A DNA stretch of 64,000 bases, from assembly GCA_044226625.1 (NCBI GenBank), contig JBGAGQ010000003.1:64001-128000 (forward strand). The letters run 5' to 3'. This document shows positions 1 through 8,125 of this stretch, piece by piece (positions within the stretch are counted from its first letter, which is position 1; each line of letters starts with the position of its first letter). This stretch comes from Thermoanaerobaculia bacterium. GTDB lineage: Bacteria > Acidobacteriota > Thermoanaerobaculia > Multivoradales > UBA5704. Below the pieces are notes generated by a model, which did no database searches, was not told where the DNA came from, and saw only the letters and a list, made by a program, of their open reading frames with translations. The translations under genes were made by a program, and so were the position numbers.

Positions 1-615
1 GTCCACGAGCTGCTCCATGCCGCCGCCTGCGTGGCCTTCGGCGGCTCGGTCGAGCGCCTGGAGATCGACGGAGCCTACGGAGGGGCCCTGCTGGCCAAGG
101 TCTTCCCGTTCGTCGTCTCGGGCAGCGAATACGCCGGACGCCTTTCGGGGTTCGACACGAACGGAAGCGATCTCGTCTATCTCGCGACCGATCTCGGCCC
201 CTTCCTCCTCGCGCTCTGGCCGGGCGTCTGGCTGCTCCGCCGAGCGGTCTCCCGACGTCGCGCCCTGCTGTTCGGCCTGAGCCTACCCTTCGCGCTCGCG
301 CCGTTCCTTTCGCTCCCCGGAGACGCCTACGAGATCGGCTCGATCGTCGCGACGCGCCTTCCTCCTTGGTGCGAAGCGGCGACCCTCGCGCTACTCCGCG
401 GCGACGACGCGATTCGCAAGCTCGGCGAGTTGCGCGCCGCGTCGTCTCCTTCGATTTGGACGGGATACGGCTTCGCGCTCGTGCTGGGCTTCCTGTGGGC
501 CGAAGCGACGTACGCGCTCGGCGGGTCGATCGCGGGCCGCTTCGGTGAAGAGGCGGTCGAAGCGCGTTCGGTTGGGCCCAAAGCGGGGGCCGAAGAAGGT
601 CCGAGCCCCGGATGA
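1..615 (+). CDS. Membrane protein with HExxH zinc-metalloprotease motif (M50-like), 5'-truncated by the window edge
   Basis: Frame 1 is open from base 1 and reads VHELLHAAAC...; several hydrophobic segments follow; stop TGA at 613-615. Confidence 0.6.
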   Translation, partial: VHELLHAAACVAFGGSVERLEIDGAYGGALLAKVFPFVVSGSEYAGRLSGFDTNGSDLVYLATDLGPFLLALWPGVWLLRRAVSRRRALLFGLSLPFALAPFLSLPGDAYEIGSIVATRLPPWCEAATLALLRGDDAIRKLGELRAASSPSIWTGYGFALVLGFLWAEATYALGGSIAGRFGEEAVEARSVGPKAGAEEGPSPG

Positions 616-636
616 ATAGGAAGGCAAATTTCCCCG

Positions 637-665
637 TTGACAAGCAGTGGGAACGGGCGTAGTTT
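637..665 (+). promoter_or_regulatory. Sigma70-type promoter
   Basis: TTGACA (637-642), 17-nt spacer, TAGTTT (660-665); AGGAG at 686-690 precedes ATG at 697. Confidence 0.65.
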
Positions 666-696
666 GATCTCGTAACGAACGTCCTAGGAGGGCTCG

Positions 697-741
697 ATGA
701 CCACTCCACCGGACCAGAAAAAGCTCCCGCGGTCGAGGTAA
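697..741 (+). CDS. Candidate small ORF MTTPPDQKKLPRSR (14 aa; 31 aa to base 791 if read with a -1 shift)
   Basis: Promoter and AGGAG RBS upstream, terminator downstream; no homology recognised. Confidence 0.3.
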   Translation: MTTPPDQKKLPRSR

Positions 742-868
742 TTCGGGTTCTCGATCTCGGGAGCGAGCCGCTCGGCTGCGGCGTGCGCTAACGCGAAAAC
801 TGGATCGAATGCCCGATTCCAGGCCGACATCGCGAAGCAAGCGAAAGCCAACGCGCCCGGCGCGAACG

Positions 869-907
869 ACGGGAAGGCGAACCGAATCGCCTTCCCGTTT
901 TGCTTTT
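869..907 (+). terminator. Rho-independent terminator
   Basis: 12-bp perfect stem ACGGGAAGGCGA/TCGCCTTCCCGT, 6-nt loop, followed by TTTGCTTTT. Confidence 0.75.
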
Positions 908-1054
908 AGATTTCTATTGCATTTTTCGGAATCGGTTTTACATTTCTGAGGCCGGCTCCGGACTCGAGCCCTGATCGCCGGACCGCTCCCCCGCCCTGGC
1001 AGGGGAAAGCGGCGGCCGTCGTCCGGTTCCGGTGTGCATGCGGCGTCTTCCTGT

Positions 1055-2179
1055 CTAACGCCGTTTCGACTCGTCGGTCGAAAGCTTCTCCCAATCCCCT
1101 TCCGGTGCATCCAAGGCGATCGCGAGTCCGCCGTCCGAGCCGACATAGATGGGATCGCGCACCACCCGGACTTTGCCACCACCCACCGCCTGCAGCTCGC
1201 GCTCGAGGCGAGGCCCGAGACCCCGGATCAAGCCGGTGCCGCCGGAGAGGACGACGTTCTGGCGCACCCGCTCCTGGTATTCGGGATCCACCCGGCTCAA
1301 AAGATCGAACATCGACTCGACGAGCGGCGGCAGGAGCGTCTCGCACGCCTGGCGCATCTCCGCCGTGATGTCGATCCTCGTCGGCTTGCCGGCGACCGGC
1401 GCGGTGACCAGGATCGGCGCGAGCGGCTCGCCGACGAAGCTCCCTTCCTCTTTCCAACCGCGGACCATGTGCAGCGAGATGCTCGCCTGCGGATGGCGCT
1501 CTCGGATCAGGCGGAACAGTTGCTCGTCGATCGAATCTCCCGCCTGGGTAAGGGTCCGCTGGTCGTCCTCCGTCGGCAGGCGCCCCTTCATCACGCAGAT
1601 GTCGGTCGTGCCCGCGCCGATGTCGATGATCATCGTATGGAGGAGCTCCTCGAGCCCGTAGGCGACGGCAAACGGCTCCGAGACGATCAGGAGACTGTCG
1701 GCGATCCCTTGCATGGCCTTGCGCACCTGCTGCTTGTTGACCCGCAGCGCTTCGGCCGGCACGCCGACGACGGCACGGACGTGGAAGCTCGAGCGCTCGG
1801 CCGGGTCGACTCCGGCTAACTGGACGAGATGGCGCAGCAGCTCGCGCACCGCCGCTTCGTCTTTTTCCGAGCCGTCCTTGATCAGCCCCTCTTCGAGCGG
1901 CCGATGCAGGTCGAGCATGGTCCGCTGCTCGAGGGCCTCGCGGCCGATCAGCACGCTCTTCTTGAGCACCTTGCGGGCGACCATGTCGAGCGGCCAACCG
2001 ACGTAGCTTTCGACCACGTGGCGCTGGCCGTTGGAGGCGGAGATCGAGCTCCGGGAGGTGCCGAGGTCGATCCCGACGTGAAGGGCTTGCCGGTCGCCCG
2101 GTTTGCCGCTCGGTCGCTCGCTGGATGGGTCGCTCGGTGGGCGTTCGCTCGGTCGGTCGCTCGAAGGGCGGTCGCTCAT
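1055..2179 (-). CDS. MamK-like bacterial actin homolog (MreB/MamK superfamily), 374 aa
   Basis: Phosphate-1 GIDLGTS, connect-1 VSEPFAVAYG, phosphate-2 IDIGAGTTD, adenosine VVLSGG. Segments such as RAVVGVPA, DQRTLTQAGD, FVG..AGKP, ACETLLP, PEYQ..V.QN and DP..G.DGGL.IA follow MamK as I recall it. ATG 2179 has AAAGGA upstream, 7 nt after the amidase stop. Confidence 0.88.
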   Translation of the reverse strand: MSDRPSSDRPSERPPSDPSSERPSGKPGDRQALHVGIDLGTSRSSISASNGQRHVVESYVGWPLDMVARKVLKKSVLIGREALEQRTMLDLHRPLEEGLIKDGSEKDEAAVRELLRHLVQLAGVDPAERSSFHVRAVVGVPAEALRVNKQQVRKAMQGIADSLLIVSEPFAVAYGLEELLHTMIIDIGAGTTDICVMKGRLPTEDDQRTLTQAGDSIDEQLFRLIRERHPQASISLHMVRGWKEEGSFVGEPLAPILVTAPVAGKPTRIDITAEMRQACETLLPPLVESMFDLLSRVDPEYQERVRQNVVLSGGTGLIRGLGPRLERELQAVGGGKVRVVRDPIYVGSDGGLAIALDAPEGDWEKLSTDESKRR

Positions 2180-2186
2180 GAGGGGG

Positions 2187-3206
2187 TCAGGGTCCTTTCT
2201 CCGTGGCGCTCTCGGCGGCCAGGGCGTAACGGCGCACGCCGCGCGCGAGCGCTTCGGCGATGTATTGGCGGTAAAGGGGCTTCGCGAGCAGCTCGGCCTC
2301 GGTCGGGTTCGAGAGCGAAGAAACCTCGGCGAGCACCGCCGGCATCTCGGTCGACACGAGGACCAGGAAGGGGGCGGTCTTGACGCCTCGGTCGGAGAGG
2401 CCTCCGCCGGACGCGCCGACCGCCGCGGAGGCGCGCGACAGAGAGCTGAACAGGGAGGCGTCGATCGACTCGGCGAGGCGCCGCGAGCTCCCCTGCCGAG
2501 CGCCGGCGTAGACCTGGTCGAGCAGCCGGCGAAAATCGGCGACGGCGTACCCGGAGTCCCGGTTTTCGAGCGCCGCGAGGCGATCGAGCTCCGGATCGTC
2601 GGTCGGTCCGAGATAGTAGGTCTCGACCCCTCGCGTGTTGCCACCGGCGATCCAGTTGAGGTGGATCGAGACGAAGAGATCGGCCCGCGCCTGGTTTGCG
2701 ATCCGCGCGCGATCGCGCAACGAAACGGCCCGATCGTCCTGCCGGGTCATCACGACCTCGAAGGAGGAGGCCGCCAGAAGGCGCTCGAGTCGGCGGCCGA
2801 TGTCGAGCGTGACGTCTTTCTCATAGAGGCCGGTGGCGGCGCGGGTTCCCACCGACGAGCCGCCGTGACCCGGGTCGATCGCGATCTTTCGCACCGCAAG
2901 GGGGAAGACCGACGGATCGATCGGGCGCGGCGCCGACTTTCGAACGTTCTCTGCGACCTCGGGTACGTCGCCCGGCGCGCTCATCGCGACCGAGGCGGTC
3001 GGCGCGACGGGCATCAGCGCGGGAGCGAAGAGGCGGGACGACGCGAGCAACGCCACGGGGAGGAGGGCGAGGGCGAGCAACGAGCTCCCCAAGCGGAGGC
3101 GGCGGCTCCGTTTGAGGGTCTTGTGGGGCGTCCCCCTCACCAGCTCGACGTTCTGATCGACGAGCTCGCGCAGCAAACGCTGCTTTAAGCGATCGACGCG
3201 GGCCAT
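2187..3206 (-). CDS. N-acetylmuramoyl-L-alanine amidase (Amidase_3, AmiA/B/C-like) with N-terminal membrane anchor
   Basis: IAIDPGHGG, EKDVTL, TR..D..VSL..R..IAN, FVSIHLN and PAVLAE Zn-amidase motifs; hydrophobic segment LLALALLPVALLA. Confidence 0.92.
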   Translation of the reverse strand: MARVDRLKQRLLRELVDQNVELVRGTPHKTLKRSRRLRLGSSLLALALLPVALLASSRLFAPALMPVAPTASVAMSAPGDVPEVAENVRKSAPRPIDPSVFPLAVRKIAIDPGHGGSSVGTRAATGLYEKDVTLDIGRRLERLLAASSFEVVMTRQDDRAVSLRDRARIANQARADLFVSIHLNWIAGGNTRGVETYYLGPTDDPELDRLAALENRDSGYAVADFRRLLDQVYAGARQGSSRRLAESIDASLFSSLSRASAAVGASGGGLSDRGVKTAPFLVLVSTEMPAVLAEVSSLSNPTEAELLAKPLYRQYIAEALARGVRRYALAAESATEKGP

Positions 3207-3363
3207 ACGGCGCTTCCCTGCCTCGGCGTCTCCCGGCCAGCTCCTCGGGCGCCGATGCGGCCGCGAAGATCCTCGCGCGCTCGTCGACCCCTGCGAACCG
3301 GGAAAAGAGGGGCGAATCTTACTACTACCCGACTCCTTTGTACGGACCCGTTTGCCGGTCCGA

Positions 3364-5022
3364 CTACTTCGGGCCCAACCGGATCACCAGGTCGCTGCCC
3401 GAGACGCTCACGCTCTTGGCGAAGATCTCCGCACCGGCGAGGTCGAAGACCACGTGCAGCTCGTCCGGGCTGTGGTACCCGATTCGGATCTGCGTCAGCT
3501 CGGGGGTCCCTCCCGCCACTTTGGTCGCCGAATAGGCGTGGCGGATTCCCTTCAAGCGCACCAGCTCCCGCGGCGACCCGGTGTCGATCCGGAAATGGGC
3601 GAAGTTCGACGAGCGGATGATGCCGTCGCCTCGAAGCACCACTTCCGTCTCGCCCGCCAGGGCACGAACCGACACCGATCGAAGCTCGGACAACACCGGC
3701 CGCGGAGCTTCCGCGGCGGGCTCCGCGGTCTTGGCAGGGATGGCGGGGACGGGAGTTGAGGGCGCGCCGGAAGTGGGCGGCAGAGTCGTCGCACCGGGCT
3801 TCGCGGGGGCCGGGGTGGTGGCAGCACTCGGCGCGGCCTCCGGCTTCAAACCGTCCGCCGGCGCCGGCATGGGAGTCTCGGTGGGGGGACTCGCTCCCTG
3901 GGCATTCGGCCCCGGCGGAGCGGCCCCCGCGGCGGAATCGGGCGCGCCTGCGACGGGGCCTCCTGGGCTGGCCGGACCCGCCGCGCCCGGCAAGCTTCGG
4001 TACATCGGCTTCCGCTCCGGATTGGCAAAGGCGGCGGGGAGCGGCTCGGGATCGGACTCGCCGAAGAAGTCGTCCCACCACAGGTCTTTGACCCGCCAGG
4101 CGGCGACGCCTCCCAAGAGGAGCGCGAGAAAGAGGGAAGCCGCGAACCAACGCAGCGGACGCCTCCTCTTCCTCTGCACGCGAGCCGCCGGCTCGGGCGG
4201 GATCAGGGCCCCGGTCGTCGTCGAGGCGGTATCGTCGAGCAGCGAAGGGATCGGCCGGAGCGGCACCTCCGGCGGCGGCGCGAGGATCGGCGTCTTACCG
4301 GCCCAGCTGCGCTCGAGCGGGGGCGGCAGCTCGGGAGGGGGGATCGGCACTGCCGCGGGCGGGGCCGTCTGGGGCAAGGACGGGGGCACGGCGAGCTCGG
4401 GAAAGCGGGCCGCAGGAGCCCGATCCCCTGCGGCCGGCGGACCGCTGCGCGGATCGGTGGTCGGTCGGCTCGCGCGCTCCGCGCCTTCGGCCTCGTCGAC
4501 GCTCGCGGCCGCCTCCTCGAAAAGCCGCAGCAGCCGGTCGGCGTCTCGAATCGGCGGCTCCTGCGGCGCGGGCCGCGCCAGCGGTGGCACGGGGGGCGTC
4601 GTCGGTTTCGGCAGGGTGGCCACCGACGGCGTCGAAGGCGGAATCGGCGGCGAGGGATCGAAGGGGACGCCGCCCGATTGGACGTGGCGGTCGACAACTT
4701 TGTAGATCAGCTCCTTGGCCTGGGGGGTCAGCTCGAGGAAGCGCAGCCCCATCCCGGAAATCTGCGAGGCGTCCGGCGCCGGATCACGGGTCCAGACGAC
4801 CTCGCCCCTCCCTTTGATCAGCTCGAAACCGTCCCCCAGACGGAACTCGAAGTCGACCAGGGTGCCCACGGGCGCGGGCTGCTCGGTTCGAATGAAGATC
4901 CCGCCGGGCGAGATGTTCGCGGAGAACTCGCTGATGAAGCCGCTGAACTTCTCGAACTTGAGCTGAACCCGCGTCTCCAACGGTACCCGTCGGGAGTCGC
5001 GAGGAATCGAAGGATCGAGCAT
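3364..5022 (-). CDS. PilZ-domain (TIGR02266-like) protein with Pro-rich linker, one TM helix and C-terminal AMIN-like domain
   Basis: N-terminal RDSRRVP...NISPGGIFI...G.G.VVW...GMGLRF; TM WFAASLFLALLLGGVAAW; C-terminal PRELVRL..QIRIG..ELHVVFDL. Confidence 0.8.
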   Translation of the reverse strand: MLDPSIPRDSRRVPLETRVQLKFEKFSGFISEFSANISPGGIFIRTEQPAPVGTLVDFEFRLGDGFELIKGRGEVVWTRDPAPDASQISGMGLRFLELTPQAKELIYKVVDRHVQSGGVPFDPSPPIPPSTPSVATLPKPTTPPVPPLARPAPQEPPIRDADRLLRLFEEAAASVDEAEGAERASRPTTDPRSGPPAAGDRAPAARFPELAVPPSLPQTAPPAAVPIPPPELPPPLERSWAGKTPILAPPPEVPLRPIPSLLDDTASTTTGALIPPEPAARVQRKRRRPLRWFAASLFLALLLGGVAAWRVKDLWWDDFFGESDPEPLPAAFANPERKPMYRSLPGAAGPASPGGPVAGAPDSAAGAAPPGPNAQGASPPTETPMPAPADGLKPEAAPSAATTPAPAKPGATTLPPTSGAPSTPVPAIPAKTAEPAAEAPRPVLSELRSVSVRALAGETEVVLRGDGIIRSSNFAHFRIDTGSPRELVRLKGIRHAYSATKVAGGTPELTQIRIGYHSPDELHVVFDLAGAEIFAKSVSVSGSDLVIRLGPK

Positions 5023-5146
5023 CGCCGCCGTACCTCACCGCCGGACGGGCTGGCCGACCGGACGCCTTCGTGAACGCTGGTGAACGGCGAGGATCATAGC
5101 AGGGCGGGGGCGACCGCGGGCCGCCGCCCCCAACCCCGCCCGGAGG

Positions 5147-6529
5147 CTAGAAACCGAGTGACCGCTCGCGGGCCAGGAACGCCAGCACCTGGCGGGCGAG
5201 CTCGACCGTAAGGTTCTCCTGCTCGGCGGCGCGCTGAAACAGAATCAGCGCTCCGAGCGCCTCGCGGTGGACCTCGCGCGACTCGAACAAGGGAAGGATC
5301 TCGATGGCTAGCTGCTTGATCTCCGCGGATCGCCTCTGCTGCGCGTAGAGGGTCGCGAGCTCCAACGTGGCGAGTGCCGCGTCGTACCCCATCCTGTGCT
5401 CGTAGAACTCCGCGCGGACCTCGAGCAACACGCTCTCCGCCTCGTCCTCGTGGCCGAGGCCCGCGGCGATCCGGGCTTCGAGCCAACGGAGCCGAATGCG
5501 ATCGACGGGGCTGGAGAGAACGAAAGCGTCCCGGATCTGGGCCAGGCGTCGCGAGGCCTCGTCAAACCGCCCCACCGCGACCATCGCGAACAGCAAGTTG
5601 TAATGGGCATAGGTCTTCGAGAGCCCGTCGGCCTCCACGTCGAGCGGGCGGCCGGGATCCGCCGCTCGGCTCGAGACGGCCGGAAGGCCCGGGTCGGTCG
5701 AGAGATCCGGAGGTTTCGTATCGCCGGAAGGGATCGCGTCGAGGGCGTCGAACTCGTCGATCAGCCCTTCGAGCTCCGCCAGCGTGCCGTCGAGATCGCC
5801 CATCTCCTCCCGGATCTTCGCTCGGGTGAGACGCACGCGGCGCATCGCTGCCGCCGCCCTGGCCTCGTGGAAGAGGACCATCGCGTCGTCGGCGGCGTCG
5901 AGCGCCTCGGGCAACCTCCGTTGGGCCCGCCGGAGCGCCGCTTGGACATGAAGCAGCTCGCCGCGCACTTCCGGAGCGCCGGTCCCACCTCTCTCGATCA
6001 AGGCGAACGCGGTACGTAGTGCCTGGTCGGCGCCCATCAGCTCGCCGAGCACTCGTCGCGAATTGGCCAGATGACCCCACGCTCTCGCGGTGAGGTCGTG
6101 AACCCAGACCGAGTCGTACACCTCCCCGGAGAGCTGCTCGGCGATCCGGACGGCGAGCTCCGCCCGTTCGACCGCCCGGACCGGCTGCTCGACCACGGCC
6201 CGCTTGCTTTCGCGCAGGAGCAGCGAGCAGAGCGCCCAGGAACGAAAGCTCCCGTCCTTCTCCACCCGGTCGAGCTGGGACGCCAGATCGAGCGGCTCGA
6301 GCTGGGCAAGGAGGCCCGGAGCTTCCCGGCCCTCGAACAGAACGATCGACTCGTTCCAGTGCCCAACCTCCTCCTGCAATGCGCGGAGCTCGGCGAACCG
6401 CTCACCGCAGGCGGCGCAGCTCGCTTCCAGATGCGGGGCGATCTCCCGCACGACATCGTCTTGCGGAAGATCGCCCGCGAGCCACCGGGCCAACGTTTCG
6501 ATCGACAAATGACCTCGTTCCGTCTCCAT
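5147..6529 (-). CDS. TPR-repeat protein with N-terminal zf-HC2-like zinc-binding (anti-sigma-like) domain
   Basis: HLEASCAAC motif after HLS.ETLA; helical repeats ARAWGHLANSRRVLG and LRWLEARIAAGLG..AE..L; GAAGGAGG RBS before ATG 6529. Confidence 0.75.
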   Translation of the reverse strand: METERGHLSIETLARWLAGDLPQDDVVREIAPHLEASCAACGERFAELRALQEEVGHWNESIVLFEGREAPGLLAQLEPLDLASQLDRVEKDGSFRSWALCSLLLRESKRAVVEQPVRAVERAELAVRIAEQLSGEVYDSVWVHDLTARAWGHLANSRRVLGELMGADQALRTAFALIERGGTGAPEVRGELLHVQAALRRAQRRLPEALDAADDAMVLFHEARAAAAMRRVRLTRAKIREEMGDLDGTLAELEGLIDEFDALDAIPSGDTKPPDLSTDPGLPAVSSRAADPGRPLDVEADGLSKTYAHYNLLFAMVAVGRFDEASRRLAQIRDAFVLSSPVDRIRLRWLEARIAAGLGHEDEAESVLLEVRAEFYEHRMGYDAALATLELATLYAQQRRSAEIKQLAIEILPLFESREVHREALGALILFQRAAEQENLTVELARQVLAFLARERSLGF

Positions 6530-6567
6530 CCGGCCTCCTTCAGCCCCAGAGTTCTCTCTCTAGATAC

Positions 6568-6599
6568 CATTGTTGCCGGAAGAAGACATTTCGAGACAA
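6568..6599 (-). promoter_or_regulatory. Bipartite promoter-like motif TTGTCTCG-N16-CAACAATG upstream of the TPR gene
   Basis: Plus strand CATTGTTG (6568-6575), 16 nt, CGAGACAA (6592-6599); same architecture recurs at 6963-6994. Confidence 0.6.
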
Positions 6600-6653
6600 G
6601 ATCTTCCGAAGAAAATTCTCGAAACGACGAACCCAAAGCCGATTTCGACGAAA

Positions 6654-6899
6654 TTAGGGCCGGCCGGCGTCCTCTCTCCATCCCGCGGCGAGCGGGCGGC
6701 CCAAGGGATCAAACGAGCCGCCCTCCTCGGCGAACAGGTGGCGAAGCACGCCTCCAGCCCAGGAAACGAAGCTCCCCCAGCCCGTGCCGACGAGCGAGGG
6801 GAACCCTCTGGAGATCGACAACGCGGAGGCGGGCAGAGGTGCCACGAGCAAACCGGCGAAGACGACGGCGACGAGAGAGCGGGAAAGCCTAGAGCGCAT
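6654..6899 (-). CDS. Small secreted peptide (81 aa) with Sec signal peptide and EEGGSFDPLG motif
   Basis: AAGGAG RBS; MRSRLSRSLVAVVFAGLLVAPLPASA signal with ASA cleavage site; Trp-containing amphipathic segment, then GxxDPxG. Confidence 0.75.
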   Translation of the reverse strand: MRSRLSRSLVAVVFAGLLVAPLPASALSISRGFPSLVGTGWGSFVSWAGGVLRHLFAEEGGSFDPLGRPLAAGWREDAGRP

Positions 6900-6962
6900 A
6901 ACAATTCTCCTTGTTCGGCAACAGGTCGGAGGCAGAATGCCCACGCCGTCGCCTCTACAAGA

Positions 6963-6994
6963 CATTGTTGACGCTAAATCGATAACCGGGACAA
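6963..6994 (-). promoter_or_regulatory. Bipartite promoter-like motif TTGTCCCG-N16-CAACAATG upstream of the small peptide gene
   Basis: Plus strand CATTGTTG (6963-6970), 16 nt, CGGGACAA (6987-6994); extra CCGAGACA copies at 7003-7010 and 7025-7032. Confidence 0.6.
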
Positions 6995-7065
6995 AAAATA
7001 CCCCGAGACACAAAAATTCCCTCTCCGAGACATCTCCCGGCAAAACTTTCCCCGCAATTTCGGGT

Positions 7066-8121
7066 CTAGATCGGCTTCGAAGGCTCGAGCGGAGCGCCTG
7101 CGGCAGAGGCGAGAACGGCGGCCCCGAGCAGGCCGGTGCGCGGTTCGAGGACGATCCGCACCGGAACGCGGGCGAGGTAGGAAGCGAATCTACCCTTGGC
7201 CAGGAACGAGCGCAGAAAGCCTCCGGCGACGAGACGATGCCGCACCTTGGGCGCCACACCTCCGCCCAAGAAGATGCCCCCGGTCGCCCCCGCCGCCAGG
7301 GCGACGTTTCCCGCGACCGCCCCATAGATCGAGCAGAACGAATCGAGCGCCCGATCGCAGAGCGCAGATTCCCCTTGGGCGCTGGCGATCGCGATCGCCG
7401 CCGCGGGATCGGCCCCGGAGACCCCGGCGGCTCGATCCGCGAGAGCTTGCTCGACCGGCCGATGCGCCGCGAGACCCCGGCGGTCACGCAGAAACTCGTA
7501 GAGATTCACCAATCCGGGGCCCGAAACCAGCCGTTCGATGCTCACGTGGCCGCCGCTGTCGCCCTCCAGGCGCTCGGAGAGGTAACAGAGAAGTCCCCAT
7601 TCCTCCTCGTCCCGGGCGGCGAAGTCCATATGACCGCCTTCGGTCGCGAGGGTCACCCAGCGCCCGGCAACCTCGGTTTGGAGAGCGATTCCCAATCCGG
7701 TCCCGGCGGAAACCAGCGCCCGGTTTCCCCGGGCGCCCGGCTCTCCTTCTTGGACCTGCTGCAGCTGGTCGGCGGAGAGGCCTTCCAGGCCCGCCGCCGC
7801 CGCCGCGAGATCGTTGACCAGCAGCGCGCGGCCGGACGCCAAGCCGAGCCGCTCCCCGATCGCGTCGCCGTCGAGCTCCGGCCAGGGAAGGTTCGGCGTG
7901 GTCGCGCGATTGTTCCGCACCGGACCCGGAATGCCGAAACAGGCGGCCTGGAGCCCTTCGGAGTCCGAGCCGAGATACGCCGCTGCCGCGGCGCCCAGGT
8001 CGGGAAAATCGAGGCTCCGATAGTCGCGGATCTCCCCCACCGCCTCGAGCCGACCGGACGCGCCGAGGCAGAACCGGCCGAGCCGGATGTGCGTGCCGCC
8101 TACGTCCCCGGCGAGGAACAC
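7066..8121 (-). CDS. glk: Glucokinase
   Basis: LAGDVGGT, GIPGPV, LVND, GTGLG, EGGH.DF, SIERLVSGPGL and GGIFLGGGV motifs; GTG start just after the pgi stop. Confidence 0.92.
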   Translation of the reverse strand: MFLAGDVGGTHIRLGRFCLGASGRLEAVGEIRDYRSLDFPDLGAAAAAYLGSDSEGLQAACFGIPGPVRNNRATTPNLPWPELDGDAIGERLGLASGRALLVNDLAAAAAGLEGLSADQLQQVQEGEPGARGNRALVSAGTGLGIALQTEVAGRWVTLATEGGHMDFAARDEEEWGLLCYLSERLEGDSGGHVSIERLVSGPGLVNLYEFLRDRRGLAAHRPVEQALADRAAGVSGADPAAAIAIASAQGESALCDRALDSFCSIYGAVAGNVALAAGATGGIFLGGGVAPKVRHRLVAGGFLRSFLAKGRFASYLARVPVRIVLEPRTGLLGAAVLASAAGAPLEPSKPI

Positions 8122-8125
8122 CTCC

